64,000 bases of DNA. It comes from Octopus sinensis (Eukaryota). Under the pieces are notes generated by a model, which saw only the letters and a program-made list of their open reading frames with translations, did not search any database and was not told the DNA's origin. Numbering within the stretch: position 1 is the first letter of the stretch; each line of letters opens with the position of its first letter. Location of the stretch: assembly GCF_006345805.1 (NCBI RefSeq), contig NC_042998.1, positions 13,950,001-14,014,000 of the forward strand, written 5' to 3'. The translations under genes were made by a program, and so were the position numbers. Below are positions 1 to 11,610 of this stretch, one piece after another.

Positions 1-110
1 GATGAAAGGCAAAGTCGACCTCGGCGGAATTGGAACTCACAACGTAACGGCAGACGAATTACGGCTACGCATTTCGCCCGGCGTGCTAACGTTTCTGCCA
101 GCTCGCCGCC
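1..110 (-). mobile_element. tRNA-derived SINE family A, 5' part (cut by window edge)
   Basis: Reverse complement begins GGCGGCGAGCTGGCAGAAACGTTAGCACGCCGGGCGAAATGC and includes GCCGAGGTCGACTTTGCCTTTCATC; near-identical to copies at 37397, 54997 and 61284. Confidence 0.85.
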
Positions 111-399
111 TTCATGTCATACCATACAATCAAACCGGTATTACTAAATTTTTTTCTACCATTACAAGTTTCATCCCTGGTGGTAGAGCAGGTTTGATTT
201 CAAAGCAGTTTTGATAATCCTAATTTATTGCAGATTTCTTAGTCACTAAATTTAATATGGGAAGGACTAGTGCAATGATTCGAAGTTTATTGAATTCAAA
301 ATACCAAAATGAAACTTTGATTGTGGAAGTTTAATGGCTTTTACCGAGACTGAAGCAATGACATGGTCATGATATAATTGAATACTAAAAAAAGGAAAT

Positions 400-621
400 A
401 AATGCGCCTTTTTAAAGCCTAGCTAGGCTCATAGGCCCGGTTTCCCGGGCTCCATGTCGTATGTGTTCCCCAGATGGACTCATTTTTGCCAGCTGAGTGG
501 AGTGGTGCAACGTGAAATGAAGTGTTTTGCTCAAGAACACAACGCGTTGCCCGATCCAAGAATCAAAACCACAATATTACGATTGATGCTGACACCTTAA
601 CCACTAAGTCACGAGCCTCCA
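400..621 (-). mobile_element. tRNA-derived SINE (head H1, tail T1)
   Basis: Minus strand has an A-box-like GTGACTTAGTGG, a decayed B-box and GTTCTTGAGCAAAACACTT; homologous to 13321-13570 and to the head of 45173-45486. Confidence 0.75.
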
Positions 622-905
622 CAATTGAATACTATAGTTTCTTTATTCATTTTTTAATTTAAAAGTCTCCAAACAAAAACGTATCTTAATAAGACTGAAG
701 AGTATTCCCCTCTTCTGCTTTCATTTTAGGGATTTCCATTCCCTTAGTTTCCCAACTTTTTGAATCAGATGAACATCCATATTTTCATCGATTTTCCTCA
801 GAAATATCTTTATAAAATCTTTAGCAAAATTACGTTTAGCTAATGGATTTCCTTTCACAAATTACATGTGTCTATAGATACAGATTTTAATCTGTGGCTT
901 GTGGC

Positions 906-941
<36 letters not shown>

Positions 942-957
942 ACCCAAACCCACAAAC

Positions 958-981
<24 letters not shown>

Positions 982-990
<9 letters not shown>

Positions 991-1311
991 TATTCGAGAC
1001 AAAACCACTATTTTGCAAAACAAACAAGGAAAGACTTAATCAATACATAAATTTTAATAAATAGTCAAAAAATTTGACACTGAATTATTGGAAGTCCACC
1101 TGAAGATTGTCGATCAAGACAAGAAACGATTGTAGTGGCGGTTTTTTTTACTATTTATTAAAATTTATGTATTGATTAAGTCTTTCCTTGTTTGTTTTGC
1201 AAAATAGTGGTTTTGTCTCGAATAATATTTTATAATATTTTACTATAAAATCGATTTAATCCTAAATCTGATTTTTTCCCTGTAAATTTGGATTTATTCC
1301 CTAATATTTAT

Positions 1312-1316
<5 letters not shown>
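982..1316 (+). mobile_element. Penelope pLTR-like / retrozyme-like element with an inverted 5' copy
   Basis: About 90-bp near-perfect inverted repeat (982-1072 vs 1142-1233) enclosing a hammerhead motif; (TA)n on both sides. Confidence 0.7.
1096..1138 (+). ncRNA. Type I minimal hammerhead ribozyme
   Basis: CCAC-CTGAAGA-TTGTC(gatcaa)GACAA-GAAA-C(gatt)G-TA-GTGG: intact core, stem I CCAC/GTGG, 5-bp stem II, GUA cleavage triplet. Confidence 0.85.
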
Positions 1317-1356
<40 letters not shown>

Positions 1357-1357
<1 letters not shown>

Positions 1358-1807
1358 CCCAAACCACAAACTATATATATATATATATATATATGTATAT
1401 GTATATATATCTATATTTATCCATATATATGTGTATCTTTAGGATTAAATAAAATGACAACAAACACAAAAATTACATATATGTACTTTGAAAAAAACGA
1501 CTAGAAAATAATTAGTTGCCACACGTTTTCTTTTTCATTACATATATAGGTAGCTTATATTTTCCCTTTATGGTCTTTGTATTTAATCCGGAATATATTT
1601 ACATAAGGCACACACTCACTATATTTTTTACCTATGCATATATATATTCACATATATATGTGTGTGTGTGTGGTGTGTGTAATAGATATATTTATGCGTA
1701 TGTCTATATATATATGTCTCTATATACTTTACTGAAGAGCAGTAAAATATCACAAAGTCTGTTACTAAACTGTGTGTTTGTGTGTACTATATGTGTGTGT
1801 GTATATA

Positions 1808-1863
<56 letters not shown>

Positions 1864-2154
1864 CAAACCACAAACATATATATATATATATATATATGTA
1901 TATGTATATATATCTATATTTATCCATATATATGTGTATCTTTAGGATTAAATAAAATGACAACAAACACAAAAATTACATATATGTACTTTGAAAAAAA
2001 CGACTAGAAAATAATTAGTTGCCACACGTTTTCTTTTTCATTACATATATAGGTAGCTTATATTTTCCCTTTATGGTCTTTGTATTTAATCCGGAATATA
2101 TTTACATAAGGCACACACTCACTATATTTTTTACCTATGCATATATATATTCAC

Positions 2155-2186
<32 letters not shown>

Positions 2187-2368
2187 AATAGATATATTTA
2201 TGCGTATGTCTATATATATATGTCTCTATATACTTTACTGAAGAGCAGTAAAATATCACAAAGTCTGTTACTAAACTGTGTGTTTGTGTGTAACTATATG
2301 TGTGTGTGTATATATATTTATATATATATACACACACATACATTCATATATATATATATATATATATA
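1357..2368. repeat. Tandem duplication with about 503-bp period
   Basis: Unique sequence is repeated almost exactly (e.g. 1516 vs 2019); the copies differ mainly in microsatellite lengths. Confidence 0.9.
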
Positions 2369-2556
2369 GTGTGAAGTATATTTGCCACTTAAATGTGGCT
2401 AACCCTTAAGGGTGGATGCTACTGTAGCTTGTAGCCCTAGGAGGACACCTCCTCCAGCTGGCTATTGACAAACTTTATGTGCCCTATCAGTATTTGCAAA
2501 GGGAAGTCATCCTTCCCATTTTCAACCTGTATGATACACACGGACTCGGTTTTCTG

Positions 2557-2588
<32 letters not shown>

Positions 2589-3084
2589 CTTACACAGTTC
2601 ATTAAATCCATTATGAGGTAGTTGAAGAATGGAGGTTTGTTGAATCTGAACTCTTGTAGTTAGTTATTAGCATGACTTCCACGTGTCTGCCTGTTCGGCT
2701 AGTTGACCGCCGGTGTAATCTGAGGGAGTTACCCTTTATTATGTTTCTCCGGCGTGGTAAATAGGAGCTATGTGTCACTAGCTTATAGGTTGTGGGTAGT
2801 TCGTATCTTTGTAAAGGAAGCCGTGAATAAGGGTAATTTTATATCTAACAAGAGTACGCTATAGCGTGTAAAGACAAAGTATTTGAATAATATTTAGGTT
2901 TGACGAGTGCAATGAAAAGGAAATAAAAATGATAAAAGAGGGGTAATTTAACGTGTAGGGAGTGTTGGTAGTTCTCGACTGAAAAGAATTATAGGAAAAA
3001 GTTAGGCTAGCATCAAAAGTAGATTAAGACAACGAAATGATAAATAATAACCCCACACAACATAACACAAGCACAGAGAAACTG

Positions 3085-3520
3085 AATAATTTATGTAGCT
3101 GCAGAGACAGAAATAAGTGTCAATTCTCCAATAGGTGTAAAACAAACAATGTAATATACCAGTGCAACGAAAAATGAAATGATACTGAGACGAAAGCTCA
3201 CATGATACTTAGACGAAAAATGACATGACACTTAGACGAAAAATGACATGACACTTAGACGAAGAATAAAATGATACTTAGATACGATTCACACCAATCT
3301 ACATTTAGAAATAGAAGTAAAGGAAACTCTACAGGATTTAGTAGCTACATCTGGGAATTAAAAGAAAAGAGACATCAACTATAGTTTAGAATGGCATATC
3401 CTAGCTAAAACTTAGTCTTATACCATTAACAATAAGCGCTGTGAGCTCTGTATAACTGAGAAACTAATAATTCTAATGACCAAATCACCTCCACTCAATA
3501 AAACATATGAAAATATTCTT
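3085..3520 (+). mobile_element. Decayed Penelope-like element, GIY-YIG endonuclease region
   Basis: Manual translation gives NLCSCRDRNKCQFSNRCKTNNVIYQC ... HQSTFRNRSKGNSTGFSSYIWELKEK / DINYSLEWHILAKT*SYTINNKRCELCITEKLIIL, matching the typical PLE C-terminus (CxC..C..C..VIY; YIW.LK; W.IL; CxLCxxEK). It has a stop and a frameshift. Confidence 0.8.
3167..3281 (+). repeat. 23-bp minisatellite, 5 copies
   Basis: Consensus ACGAAAAATGACATGAYACTTAG at 3167, 3190, 3213, 3236 and 3259. Confidence 0.9.
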
Positions 3521-3839
3521 TAGTTTCTGTAAAGGCCGATGCGTATTCTCTAAGTTTCGTTACATTCGCTCATTCTTGTATACACCACTATCTCATAGCT
3601 TAAATATTATTAGCAGACCTACTTATCACCGTATTACCTCTCCTTAACCTTCCCAAACCAAACTAGTTTACGCCTATCTAACCTACATTATTCAATAATA
3701 AATAATTAATATGTCTTCAGTTGGCTGCTCTTTACCTATCCGGAAATATTGCCAGAAATATCAAAAGTTTTGTTTCTATGTAACCTATATATATATATAT
3801 AGAGAGAGAGAGATATAGATGTATGTGTGTATGTGACAA

Positions 3840-4052
3840 AAATGTGACCGCGTGTGTACCGTAGCCGATTTTTTTCCTCCGTCTTCCCTTCCTTGGATCT
3901 TTCCTTTTCCTATGTTTCTGACGAAGAGCTCCGCTCGAAACGTTAGATCCTCCTTTTTTCTTTTCTTTCCTGAGCGTCCACTAACACTATACTTGTTCCA
4001 CGTCCCCATGTTGTTGTGTTTTCTCGTTGTGTTTTCATGTTTGGATTAACTT
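3840..4052 (+). mobile_element. pLTR-like non-autonomous element carrying a hammerhead motif
   Basis: Lies between microsatellites and ends in (TA)n; shares the hammerhead hairpin and the downstream TTCCTGAGCGT with 42398-42599 (minus strand). Confidence 0.6.
3914..3948 (+). ncRNA. Minimal hammerhead ribozyme motif (weakened stem I)
   Basis: GTTT-CTGACGA-A-GAGC(tcc)GCTC-GAAA-CGTT-AGAT; palindromic AACGTT in the helix III region; stem I relies on G-U pairs. Confidence 0.6.
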
Positions 4053-4086
<34 letters not shown>

Positions 4087-5911
4087 CATACATTTTTCAG
4101 ATACATTTTAAATATATATATATATATGTATGTGTATGAATATGCTTGTGTCTGACTGTACTAGAATTGTCTCTAACTCCGATTACTAGGATTTCATTCA
4201 AATAGTTTACTCAAACTAACTTTACAATAGAATATACACATTCTAATTTCTTGTGCAATATGATTGAACCCAGGGTCATCTTGTTGTAGAGGTGATGATT
4301 GAATATCTCGTCTTGTCTGTGGCTCCTAAACAAGAAGTTGTTACGTAAATGACTGACTGGATGTCATGAACCAAGTTTTTATATTCTAGCAATATATATC
4401 GGCGTCCTCGTGTTTATATTGTCTACGCAATTTATGTAAAACACTACTTTTTAGTATCGCTTGACAGACTGTTTCTCACATATGTCACTCAAAAAGAAAA
4501 GGAAAACCGTGCAACCAAACAGCGTTTCTATAAATATGAAGGAGAGAATTTGTGTTAGAAATTTATTACATAACTCAAACCTCAATTCTTATCGTAACGG
4601 CCCATAAACTACTGGATCATCGGAGAACTTGGGAGCGATTTGATTTCATTCTTCAATTTTAAAGTACATGTAATTGAATGTGTTTCTTTCAAACCCCGTT
4701 TTTTGATCGATGCGAAGATTTGACCTCAGCTCTGTAAACTAATATAAAACACATTAATTATGTATTAAACACACAGAATATAATATCGGATATTCACATT
4801 CATAAAATGTGGTTTTTACTGAGAAATTGATAAATATATTGCCTTTTCTAAACACATAGTGCATTGCCGTTCGTAGTATGTATCTGTATGCATACATCAA
4901 CGGCTTAGCGAACAGATTTGGCAAACCAACAGGAGATCTCTTATAACAGTGTTAAAAATCATTTTCCATGGAACTGTGACCTTTAAATAACTATGAAAGA
5001 TTATTTTTGCACAGATCTCGCCCACCCCAATATTATTAAAAATTCATGCAAACAAGCATACAAAGAGAAACAAGATCACATACAACTCGTGCAAGTCGAT
5101 AAAATAAATATGTCTATCAAATTCCGTTAAGAAATTGTATAAACATCCATGCGTAGCAATAGATAAATCCAATCAATAACCGACAACCTGCACTTATTAG
5201 TACACATCCTCTATCCGTTTGTGCCTCACATACTCTCTAACATAGTCACATTTTATCATATTCATAAATACACACATGTACTGAGTTATATACTTACAGA
5301 CATAAAATCAGCTACACGTACGTCTGTGTCTGTGTGTATCTGCTGTGTAAAGTGAGTGTGTATTGTATAATCAAACAAAATATTATAGACTTTAATGCGT
5401 TGCCCAATAAAATAAATAACTCTCAAAAGAAATGAGATATAAAAGTAGACTAACAGTCAGAGTATGAAGTTGGCTTTACTATTTATAGCTGTGCTTATTC
5501 AACTACGTTATTTGATTAAAAAGGAAAATGATATATTGTTTGAATTATTCTTAGTTCATTTTTTTACTACAGTTTTAAGCGTCACACGAGGGGCATTTCT
5601 GTTTGTCTATATTTGTAATTGTGGTTAATATCAGGTAATTTCATGTAAGTAAAATTAATTGAAGTTTTACATATTTCGAACGTAATGGTGCAGATTCCAA
5701 ATGCAATACTACACAATTCGAAATTATTTAGTTTCATATCTAGGTTCGATATATATTTGGAAAGCCAATAATAACGCTTTTGAATCAAGTAATTACAGAT
5801 GTAACGTACTGATTAACACCAATTCTCGTGAGGTAAGATTCATTTCCGAGTTCTGTCTCTGTTTCATGGGACCTGAGCGGTTTCGTGGAAGATTGTCTCC
5901 AAAGTGCGAGC

Positions 5912-6121
5912 TTACTCTTTTACTTGTTTCAGTCATTTGCTGGAGTACCGCCTTTTATCGAGCAAATCGACCCCAGGACTTATTTTTGTAATCCTAGTAC
6001 TTATTCGCTCGGTCTCTTTTGCCGAACCGCTAAGTTACGGGGATGCAAACACACCACCATCGGTTGTCAATCCATGTTGGGGGGGGGGCAAACACATAAA
6101 CACACACACATACACGCACAT

Positions 6122-6154
<33 letters not shown>

Positions 6155-6325
6155 CATATATACGACGGGCTTTCAGTTTCCGTCTACTAAATCCACTCAC
6201 AAGGCTTTGGTCGGTTCGTGGTTATAATAGAAGACGCACTTGCCCAAGGTGTCACGCAGTGGTAATGAACCCGGAACCATATGGTTCGTAAGCAAGCTGC
6301 TTACCACTCACCCACTCCTGCGCCT
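5912..6325 (-). mobile_element. tRNA-derived SINE family B (CORE-like), full length
   Basis: Minus strand starts AGGCGCAGGAGTGG..TGGTAAG, B-box GGTTCATTACC, then CCTTGGGCAAGT; internal (TA)/(TG) tract; AAGAGTAA-type tail; several homologues in the window. Confidence 0.85.
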
Positions 6326-6440
6326 AGTCAGGTTTTTCTATTTCGGACTAATTGTAGCGCAGTCATGAGGATATTACCTTGCCACATCAACAGTGTTGAT
6401 GTTGTCGACGGAAAAGCGAAGAATTGATATAGGATAATAT

Positions 6441-6653
6441 TCCTTTCTACTCTAGGCACAAAACCCGAAATTTTGGGGTAAGGTACCAGTCGATTAGAAC
6501 GACCCCAGTACGCAACTGGTACTTGTTTTATCGACTCTGAAATGAAGAAAGGCAAAGGCGACTTCGGTGGAATTTGAACTCAGAACGCACAGACAGACAA
6601 AACATCGCTATGCATTTTGCCCGGGGTGCTTTTGCCTGTGCTAGCTGGTCGCC
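6441..6653 (-). mobile_element. SINE family A, variant tail
   Basis: Same head and central domain as family A, with a tail ending TTTGTGCCTAGAGTAGAAAGGA. Confidence 0.7.
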
Positions 6654-7427
6654 CTGCTCCAGTGAATTACTGAAGCTGATGCTACAGCTTCGACCATACA
6701 AGAATGAACTGGCGCGGTTATTTGAATAGTTCAGGCACTTAATTTGAATTTCAATAGGTTTCTAGACGTATACGTTCCTTGGTTTTGCGGTGCGGAAACA
6801 CGTGGTGTGGATTATCTCGAGAAACTATTTTATGTTTGTTGATCATCCCTTCGATAATGACATACTGGAATTAGAATGAAGCTGAGTACGTCTTTCTTGG
6901 GGATCGATCATAAATAAAGCAGAGAATCTTTACTTCTAAATTCATATCTACACCACAAGGTTCTGATTTTTCTGATTTTCACTGGGTTATAGATAACACA
7001 CACGCTCTCACACACATACACACAAGTGGTAACGTCACGAAGATTAAAAAAATAGTTATTGTTGCTCTTGCTTAAGCATATGTGTGACCTTCTTGAACAG
7101 TTATCCAAACAGCGTTGTAGCAGCTTGTTCTAAAGATATGAAAATACGCGTTTCTGAATTTCTCGATCTTTAGAATAACATCGCATCTATCCATTTTAAC
7201 CCAGTAGTAATTGATTCGAGTGAATATATGTTTTCTTTCTTTCTTTCCTTTTTTGTTTCTTGTTGGTGGAACAAACGAATAGCATTCTTTGCTATTTAAA
7301 TTTAGTGTACGAGGATTAATTGGCTTTGTGTCATTCAGGGTCCACGGAGACATTAGCAAATGAAAGCCTACATCATGAATTCTAAGTCTTTTGCATACCC
7401 TAATATACTTTATTAAGAACATATTTA

Positions 7428-7588
7428 TTTCTTTACTGCTCACAAGGGGCTAAACATAGAGGGTACAAACAAGGACAGAAAAACGGATTAAGTCGATTAT
7501 ATCGACCCCGGTGCGTAACTGGTACTTTATTTATCGACCCCGAAAGGATGAAAGGCAAAGTCGACCTCGGCGGAATTTGAACTCAGAA
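7428..7588 (-). mobile_element. SINE family A, 5'-truncated
   Basis: Reverse-complement match to about 7918-8078. Confidence 0.85.
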
Positions 7589-7855
7589 AGTGAAGTTGGT
7601 AGTTCACATTTATCTTATGTGATTGAGCGTACAACAATGGTCGGTTAAGCAAGACGCCGTCCTATCATAAAGTTACCCATCTTGGCAGCTGTTGGTATTC
7701 ATTGTTACTCGATTTAACCGAACCAGCATGAAATAAATTGCTGGGCTGAGGACAAATGGCAACACTCGGTTCGCTTTCGGAATGAAACATTTGATTTTCG
7801 TGAACCTGTTTCCAACTTGAGCTTTCCTTGTATATGTTAAAAAATTATGGTGGTG

Positions 7856-8078
7856 ATCTGGCAGAAACGTTAGCACGCCGGGCGAAATGCTTTGCAGTAT
7901 TTCGTCTGTCGTTACGCTCTGAGTTCAAATTCCGCCGAGGTCGACTTTGCCTTTCATCCTTTCGGGGTCGATAAATTAAGTACCAGTTACGCACTGGGGT
8001 CGATCTAATCGACTTAATCCCTTTGTCTGTCCTTGTTTGTCCCCTCTATGTTTAGCCCCTTGTGGGTAGTAAAGAAAT
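7856..8078 (+). mobile_element. SINE family A
   Basis: CTGGCAGAAACGTTAGC, B-box GAGTTCAAATTCC, central GGTCGACTTTGCCTTTCATCC, tail GGGTAGTAAAGAAAT. Confidence 0.9.
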
Positions 8079-8182
8079 GCATGTTAAAAAATTATCTTGA
8101 ACTGGAAAAGTAAATCGAATCTCACGAAAGTCATACTATTCACAAAGTCATTTGTAGTGTACACAAGTAATTTAGATATAAA

Positions 8183-8580
8183 CTAGCAGAATCGCCCAGC
8201 GTTGCTCGGGTTTGTAAGGGAAATAAATATATAAGCATTTTTAGAGAGTTATAGCCAAAAATAGCAAAAAATGCATTAAAAATGGGAAAAAAATAATGGT
8301 AAATTTTTTTTTAAATCGTTGACTCATCGTAGACATTTTTAGAGAGTTACTTCCCTTATATAATAGCGAAAAAATGCATTAAAATGGAAAAGAATGATGG
8401 TAATTTTTTTTTTTTAATCGTACTCATCGTAGACGCGCGCTAATACCCAGAAGGGCTCGATATGAATCACGACTATAAGATACCCGGTTTTGGTTAAACT
8501 GCACCGCAACATGTGGGAGTAGTTAGGAATCTAAATCGAAGGGGACGGACAGCACACAACCTCACTTTTATATTTAGAGA
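8183..8580 (-). mobile_element. Non-autonomous Helitron
   Basis: On the minus strand it begins A|TC and ends with a GC-rich hairpin (CCCGAGCAACGCTGGG) followed by CTAG|T. It sits between host A and T with no TSD, and has an internal duplication of about 100 bp. Confidence 0.8.
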
Positions 8581-9421
8581 TATCAAATTAGGTATTGTAA
8601 TATAAATGACTCTCCCAGGGATAGTACTGACAATATACCCATGGATAATAATGACAAATTTCCGGGTCTAATAGTGGAAACAATATTTCTACAGCCACAA
8701 GGGAACATTATTTGGGGAAACAATAATACTACTTTCTTGTACTAAAGCGAAACCTGATATATATTTTTTTCTTTTTAATAAGGCATGTTTCTACAGTTAC
8801 AAAGTTTGCAAACATATTATTAATATACGGGAAATTAGATAGCTTAATGTATAGCTAATTCTAAAGAGCGAGTGGGGGAAAATTCATAAAACTAACAAAT
8901 AATCTGTATGGATTAACTATTTTACGGAATAAGAAAAAAACAAACAAATCAATACTGATTTATATATAATGTAACATATAAGAAAGTAAATGCAAATACA
9001 AGGAAAAAATATATATACAACGTATTTAAGCAGATACGTGAGTGGGACAGTTTATTTCCTCTGTTTTCAGGAAAAAAAAAAAAGACAGATAGAAGAAAAT
9101 ATACGACTAGACACATAAATTCAAATAGCTGGAAAGGCGTCAAAATGACTCATGTCGGCAGTATACTAATGAAGATTATTTTCCTAGATAATTAAATAGA
9201 AACCTTTTCATAAACGTTCTTGGAATATAAATGTATTTAGATATTGGTAAGAATATCATTATATCGTATTTACAGGATTTTACAAGGAAATGTCTGTTAT
9301 ATAGGAAAAAAAATTATCAAGTAGATATAATTTTGTTTTGCCTCTAGATATCTGTCAAGCTTATACACACTTTCACACGTATGATTCTATACACATATGT
9401 ATATATATATGCATATATATA

Positions 9422-9482
<61 letters not shown>

Positions 9483-9867
9483 ATGTATGTGTGTGCGTCT
9501 GTGTCTGTGTGTGAGTATGAATATATATACATATATATACATCTGAATATATATACGTATATATATATATATGTAAGTGTATATATATATATATACATAC
9601 ATATACATACACACATACATATATACATTCATATATGTGTCTATATATATATATGTATGTGTGTATACATATCTATATGTATACGCATATATCTATATGT
9701 ATATGTGCGTATACAGAGAGATAGGGGGAGACAGATAGACAGATATAATACAGAGATTAACGTGCATGCATAAGTACACGAAATACACAGATATATATAT
9801 ATATATATATATTCTTGTCTATTTATATGTATGTGCATATATATATATGTGTGTGTGTGAGTGTGTA

Positions 9868-9907
<40 letters not shown>

Positions 9908-10000
9908 TAAGGGCTCCTAAATAAAGATGCCGAGTGCTGGGAACTCGGGGATGAATTTATCGAGAGTGAAAATCAAAAACGTTTACCGATAACTTTAACA

Positions 10001-10074
10001 ACTCGTACCGCGGTTTCTGCTTCTTTCTAGCAAAACACAGAATATGTTTGCTAAGGCCAGCTTCATCAGCGAGT
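10001..10074 (-). ncRNA. Type I hammerhead ribozyme, copy 1
   Basis: Minus strand: ACTCG-CTGATGA-long stem II-GAAA-CCGCGG-TA-CGAGT. Confidence 0.8.
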
Positions 10075-10445
10075 CGCCTGAATTTAATCGGGGTCTGCAG
10101 CGATGTGGGACTATGTGTTAAACCCGACAACTAGCAGATCTTAACTTTTCAAATCTCTGCGCAGACGCAAAATTTACACGGGCATGCCGGGAAGAATTTT
10201 ACGAATAAATTCATCATGTAGTATGCGAATATAAACAAGAAGGGTAGTAATATTATTTACTACCAGGTGCCCAGCACAAAAGACGAATTAGTCATAAGAC
10301 AAAAATATTATTCATATAGAAAAATATTATTCATGTAGTTATACAATTAAGGGCTCCTAAATAAAGATGCCGAGTGCTGGGAACACAAAAAGGGGATGAA
10401 TTTATCGAGAGTGAAAATCAAAAACGTTTACCGATAACTTTAACA

Positions 10446-10519
10446 ACTCGTACCGCGGTTTCTGCTTCTTTCTAGCAAAACACAGAATATGTTTGCTAAG
10501 GCCAGCTTCATCAGCGAGT
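10446..10519 (-). ncRNA. Type I hammerhead ribozyme, copy 2
   Basis: Identical to copy 1 and 445 bp away. Confidence 0.8.
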
Positions 10520-10804
10520 CGCCTGAATTTTAATCGAGGTCTGCAACGATGTGGGACTATGTGTTAAACCCGACTACTAGCAGATCTTAACTTTTCAAAT
10601 CTCTGCGCAGACGCAAAATTTACACGGGCATGCCGGGAAGAATTTTACGAATAAATTCATCATGTAGTATGCGAATATAAACAAGAAGGGTAGTAATATT
10701 ATTTACTACCAGGTCTGCGCAGAGATTTGAAAAGTTAAGATCTGCTAGTTGTCGGGTTTAACACATAGTCCCACATCGCTGCAGACCTCGATTAAATTCA
10801 GGCG

Positions 10805-10878
10805 ACTCGCTGATGAAGCTGGCCTTAGCAAACATATTCTGTGTTTTGCTAGAAAGCAGCAGAAACCGCGGTACGAGT
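10805..10878 (+). ncRNA. Type I hammerhead ribozyme, copy 3
   Basis: ACTCG-CTGATGA-AGCT..TAGCAAA..TTTGCTA..AGCA-GAAA-CCGCGG-TA-CGAGT; 5-bp stem I and palindromic helix III. Confidence 0.8.
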
Positions 10879-11100
10879 TGTTAAAGTTATCTAGGTAAAC
10901 GTTTTTGATTTTCACTCTCGATAAATTCATCCCCTTTTTGTGTTCCCAGCACTCGGCATCTTTATTTAGGAGCCCTTAATTGTATAACTACATGAATAAT
11001 ATTTTTTATATGAATAATATTTTTGTCTTATGACTAATTCGTCTTTTGTGCTGGGCACCTGGTAGTAAAGTAATATTACTACCCTTCTTGTTTATATTCG

Positions 11101-11147
<47 letters not shown>

Positions 11148-11556
11148 TATATATATATATTATATATATATACACATATATTATGCTGTATTTAAAACAA
11201 AACTAGACGTTGCAGTATTTAGGAGACAAATATGTTCCTACATGAATTGTAGTGTCTCATGAACACAGAACGAGAATAGAAGCAGAACGTATACACAATT
11301 GCACACAGACAAACACACACATATGCACGTACACATGGCCATATGTGGTCTGCTCCCATGTAGTTTATATATATATTATATATATATATATATCTATATA
11401 TATATATATATAGAATATATATATATATATGTATATATATATATGTATATATATATATGTATATATATATATGTATATTATATATATATGTATATATTAT
11501 ATGTATATATATATGGTATATATATATGTATATATATATATGTATATATATATATG

Positions 11557-11610
<54 letters not shown>

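Larger units (their letters stand above)
9901..11100. mobile_element. Retrozyme-like array: tandem 445-bp units (9901-10713) plus an inverted copy (10714-11100)
   Basis: Direct repeat 9901-10340 / 10341-10713; 10714-11100 is the reverse complement of about 10225-10610; each unit has a hammerhead motif; (TA)n flanks; no credible ORF. Confidence 0.85.

Noticed and set aside
770-810. Minus-strand CTGAGGA..GAAA
   Set aside because: No proper stem II loop, cleavage triplet or stem I.
3167-3281. CRISPR-like regular repeats
   Set aside because: The 23-bp units are directly adjacent with no spacers, there are no cas genes, and the context is eukaryotic.
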